DNA of 64,000 nucleotides from Verrucomicrobiia bacterium (GTDB lineage Bacteria; Verrucomicrobiota; Verrucomicrobiia; Limisphaerales; JADLHS01): NCBI GenBank assembly GCA_026125285.1, contig JAHCLO010000012.1, positions 85,008 to 149,007 of the forward strand, read 5' to 3'. Shown piece by piece: positions 63,382 to 64,000 of this stretch (position 1 is its first letter; each line of letters starts with the position of its first letter). The notes under the pieces were generated by a model. It saw only the letters and a program-made list of their open reading frames with translations, ran no database searches and was not told where the DNA came from. The position numbers and the translations under genes were made by a program.

Positions 63382-64000
63382 ATGAAACCCATAATCACCT
63401 TGGAAACCAATCCCATGCAAACCCAACTCAGAATCAGACTGGCTGCCGTAATGGCTGGGTTATGCCTAGCCCTTTCGGCTGAAGCCCAAACCATCACCTG
63501 GCAGGAGAATTGGGAACTGCCAAGCGCTGAGGACAACTGGTTTGCCGACAATGGCTACTGGGAAATCGGTGTGCCCACCTACGGACCACCCGACCGTGGT
63601 GACGGCTGGCGGGCACACCAAGGGACAAATGTCGCAGCAACGGTTTTGAATGGGGACTACACCGATAACCGCCAAAGCCGTTTGATCAGCTCGCCCGTAA
63701 CGATCCCGCACGCTAATCAGAATCCGCGGTTGCGTTTTTGGCACTGGTGGAGTTTCGGGTGTGGTGACTATGGTCAGGTGCAGATCAGCACCAATGGCGG
63801 AAGCAGTTGGGTAAATTTGTCTGGTGCATATAGTGCCGATAGCAGCGGACGTTGGTCGAGGGGTTGGTTGGATCTGACTCCTTACGCTGGGAAATCAGTT
63901 TTGCTGGGACTACTCTTCAGCTCCACCACTGCGGGATGCGGAACCACTGTAGGCTCTGGCTGGTATGTGGATGAAATCATGATTGAGACAGGACCCGAAC
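63382..64000 (+). CDS. 5' part of a secreted protein running off the window (MAM/immune-inhibitor-A-like beta-sandwich N-terminus)
   Basis: ATG at 63382 (alternative 63415). Signal peptide LRIRLAAVMAGLCLALSAEAQ. The frame is open to the window end (...GYWEIGVPTYGPP...RLRFWHWWSF...GQVQISTNGGSSW...GWYVDEIMIE). Not in the ORF track because no stop lies in the window. Confidence 0.6.
   Translation, partial: MKPIITLETNPMQTQLRIRLAAVMAGLCLALSAEAQTITWQENWELPSAEDNWFADNGYWEIGVPTYGPPDRGDGWRAHQGTNVAATVLNGDYTDNRQSRLISSPVTIPHANQNPRLRFWHWWSFGCGDYGQVQISTNGGSSWVNLSGAYSADSSGRWSRGWLDLTPYAGKSVLLGLLFSSTTAGCGTTVGSGWYVDEIMIETGPE

Overview
A 64 kb, high-GC chromosomal segment. The gene content and the dense GC-rich hairpin repeats suggest a PVC-group bacterium (Verrucomicrobia-like); this is inference only. 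No rRNA, tRNA or CRISPR array was found by eye.

Layout, left to right:
(1) 1-4204: a DNA methyltransferase locus amplified as a 1,493-bp tandem array. It holds a 5'-truncated remnant, one copy lacking the nuclease-like tail, and one full copy with a C-terminal Mrr-like PD-(D/E)xK domain. The inter-domain linker is built in-frame from dispersed hairpin repeats.
(2) 4207-6921: a tightly coupled cassette of small uncharacterised genes. It includes a KTSC protein and two proteins that share a C-terminal module.
(3) 6986-18741: a secreted BSP-type metallopeptidase and a metal island. The island has a porin, a ZnuA/TroA-like binding protein and a permease but no ATPase, next to a convergent CzcCBA-type efflux pump.
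(4) 18922-31341: housekeeping and accessory genes (metY-metX, a giant LTD/CotH protein, MFS transporter, GH5, UroD-like).
(5) 32534-40229: an ECF sigma factor, a Ser/Thr kinase with TPR repeats, a small LuxR HTH protein and a 1108-aa repeat-rich M23 surface protein, followed by a gene remnant.
(6) 40582-43825: nadA and cobA-hemD. A hicBA cassette is inserted at the cobA 5' end, flanked by 75-bp direct repeats.
(7) 44310-54963: the most interesting locus. It is an operon of secreted proteins ending in an array of HYR-domain proteins with divergent C-terminal domains that carry Cys-His-Asp motifs in transglutaminase-like order. Each is followed by a small signal-peptide protein. The array continues as a 5'-truncated second cassette that shares 786 bp with the first, then a 201-bp third fragment. 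This resembles orphan toxin/immunity or silent-cassette loci.
(8) 54885-64000: a C39-like peptidase, a rhomboid protease, two intergenic arrays of hairpin repeats, a conserved hypothetical, a propeller-type histidine kinase with a NarL-type regulator, and a partial secreted protein.

Many long antisense ORFs in the track are GC-driven shadow ORFs and were not called.
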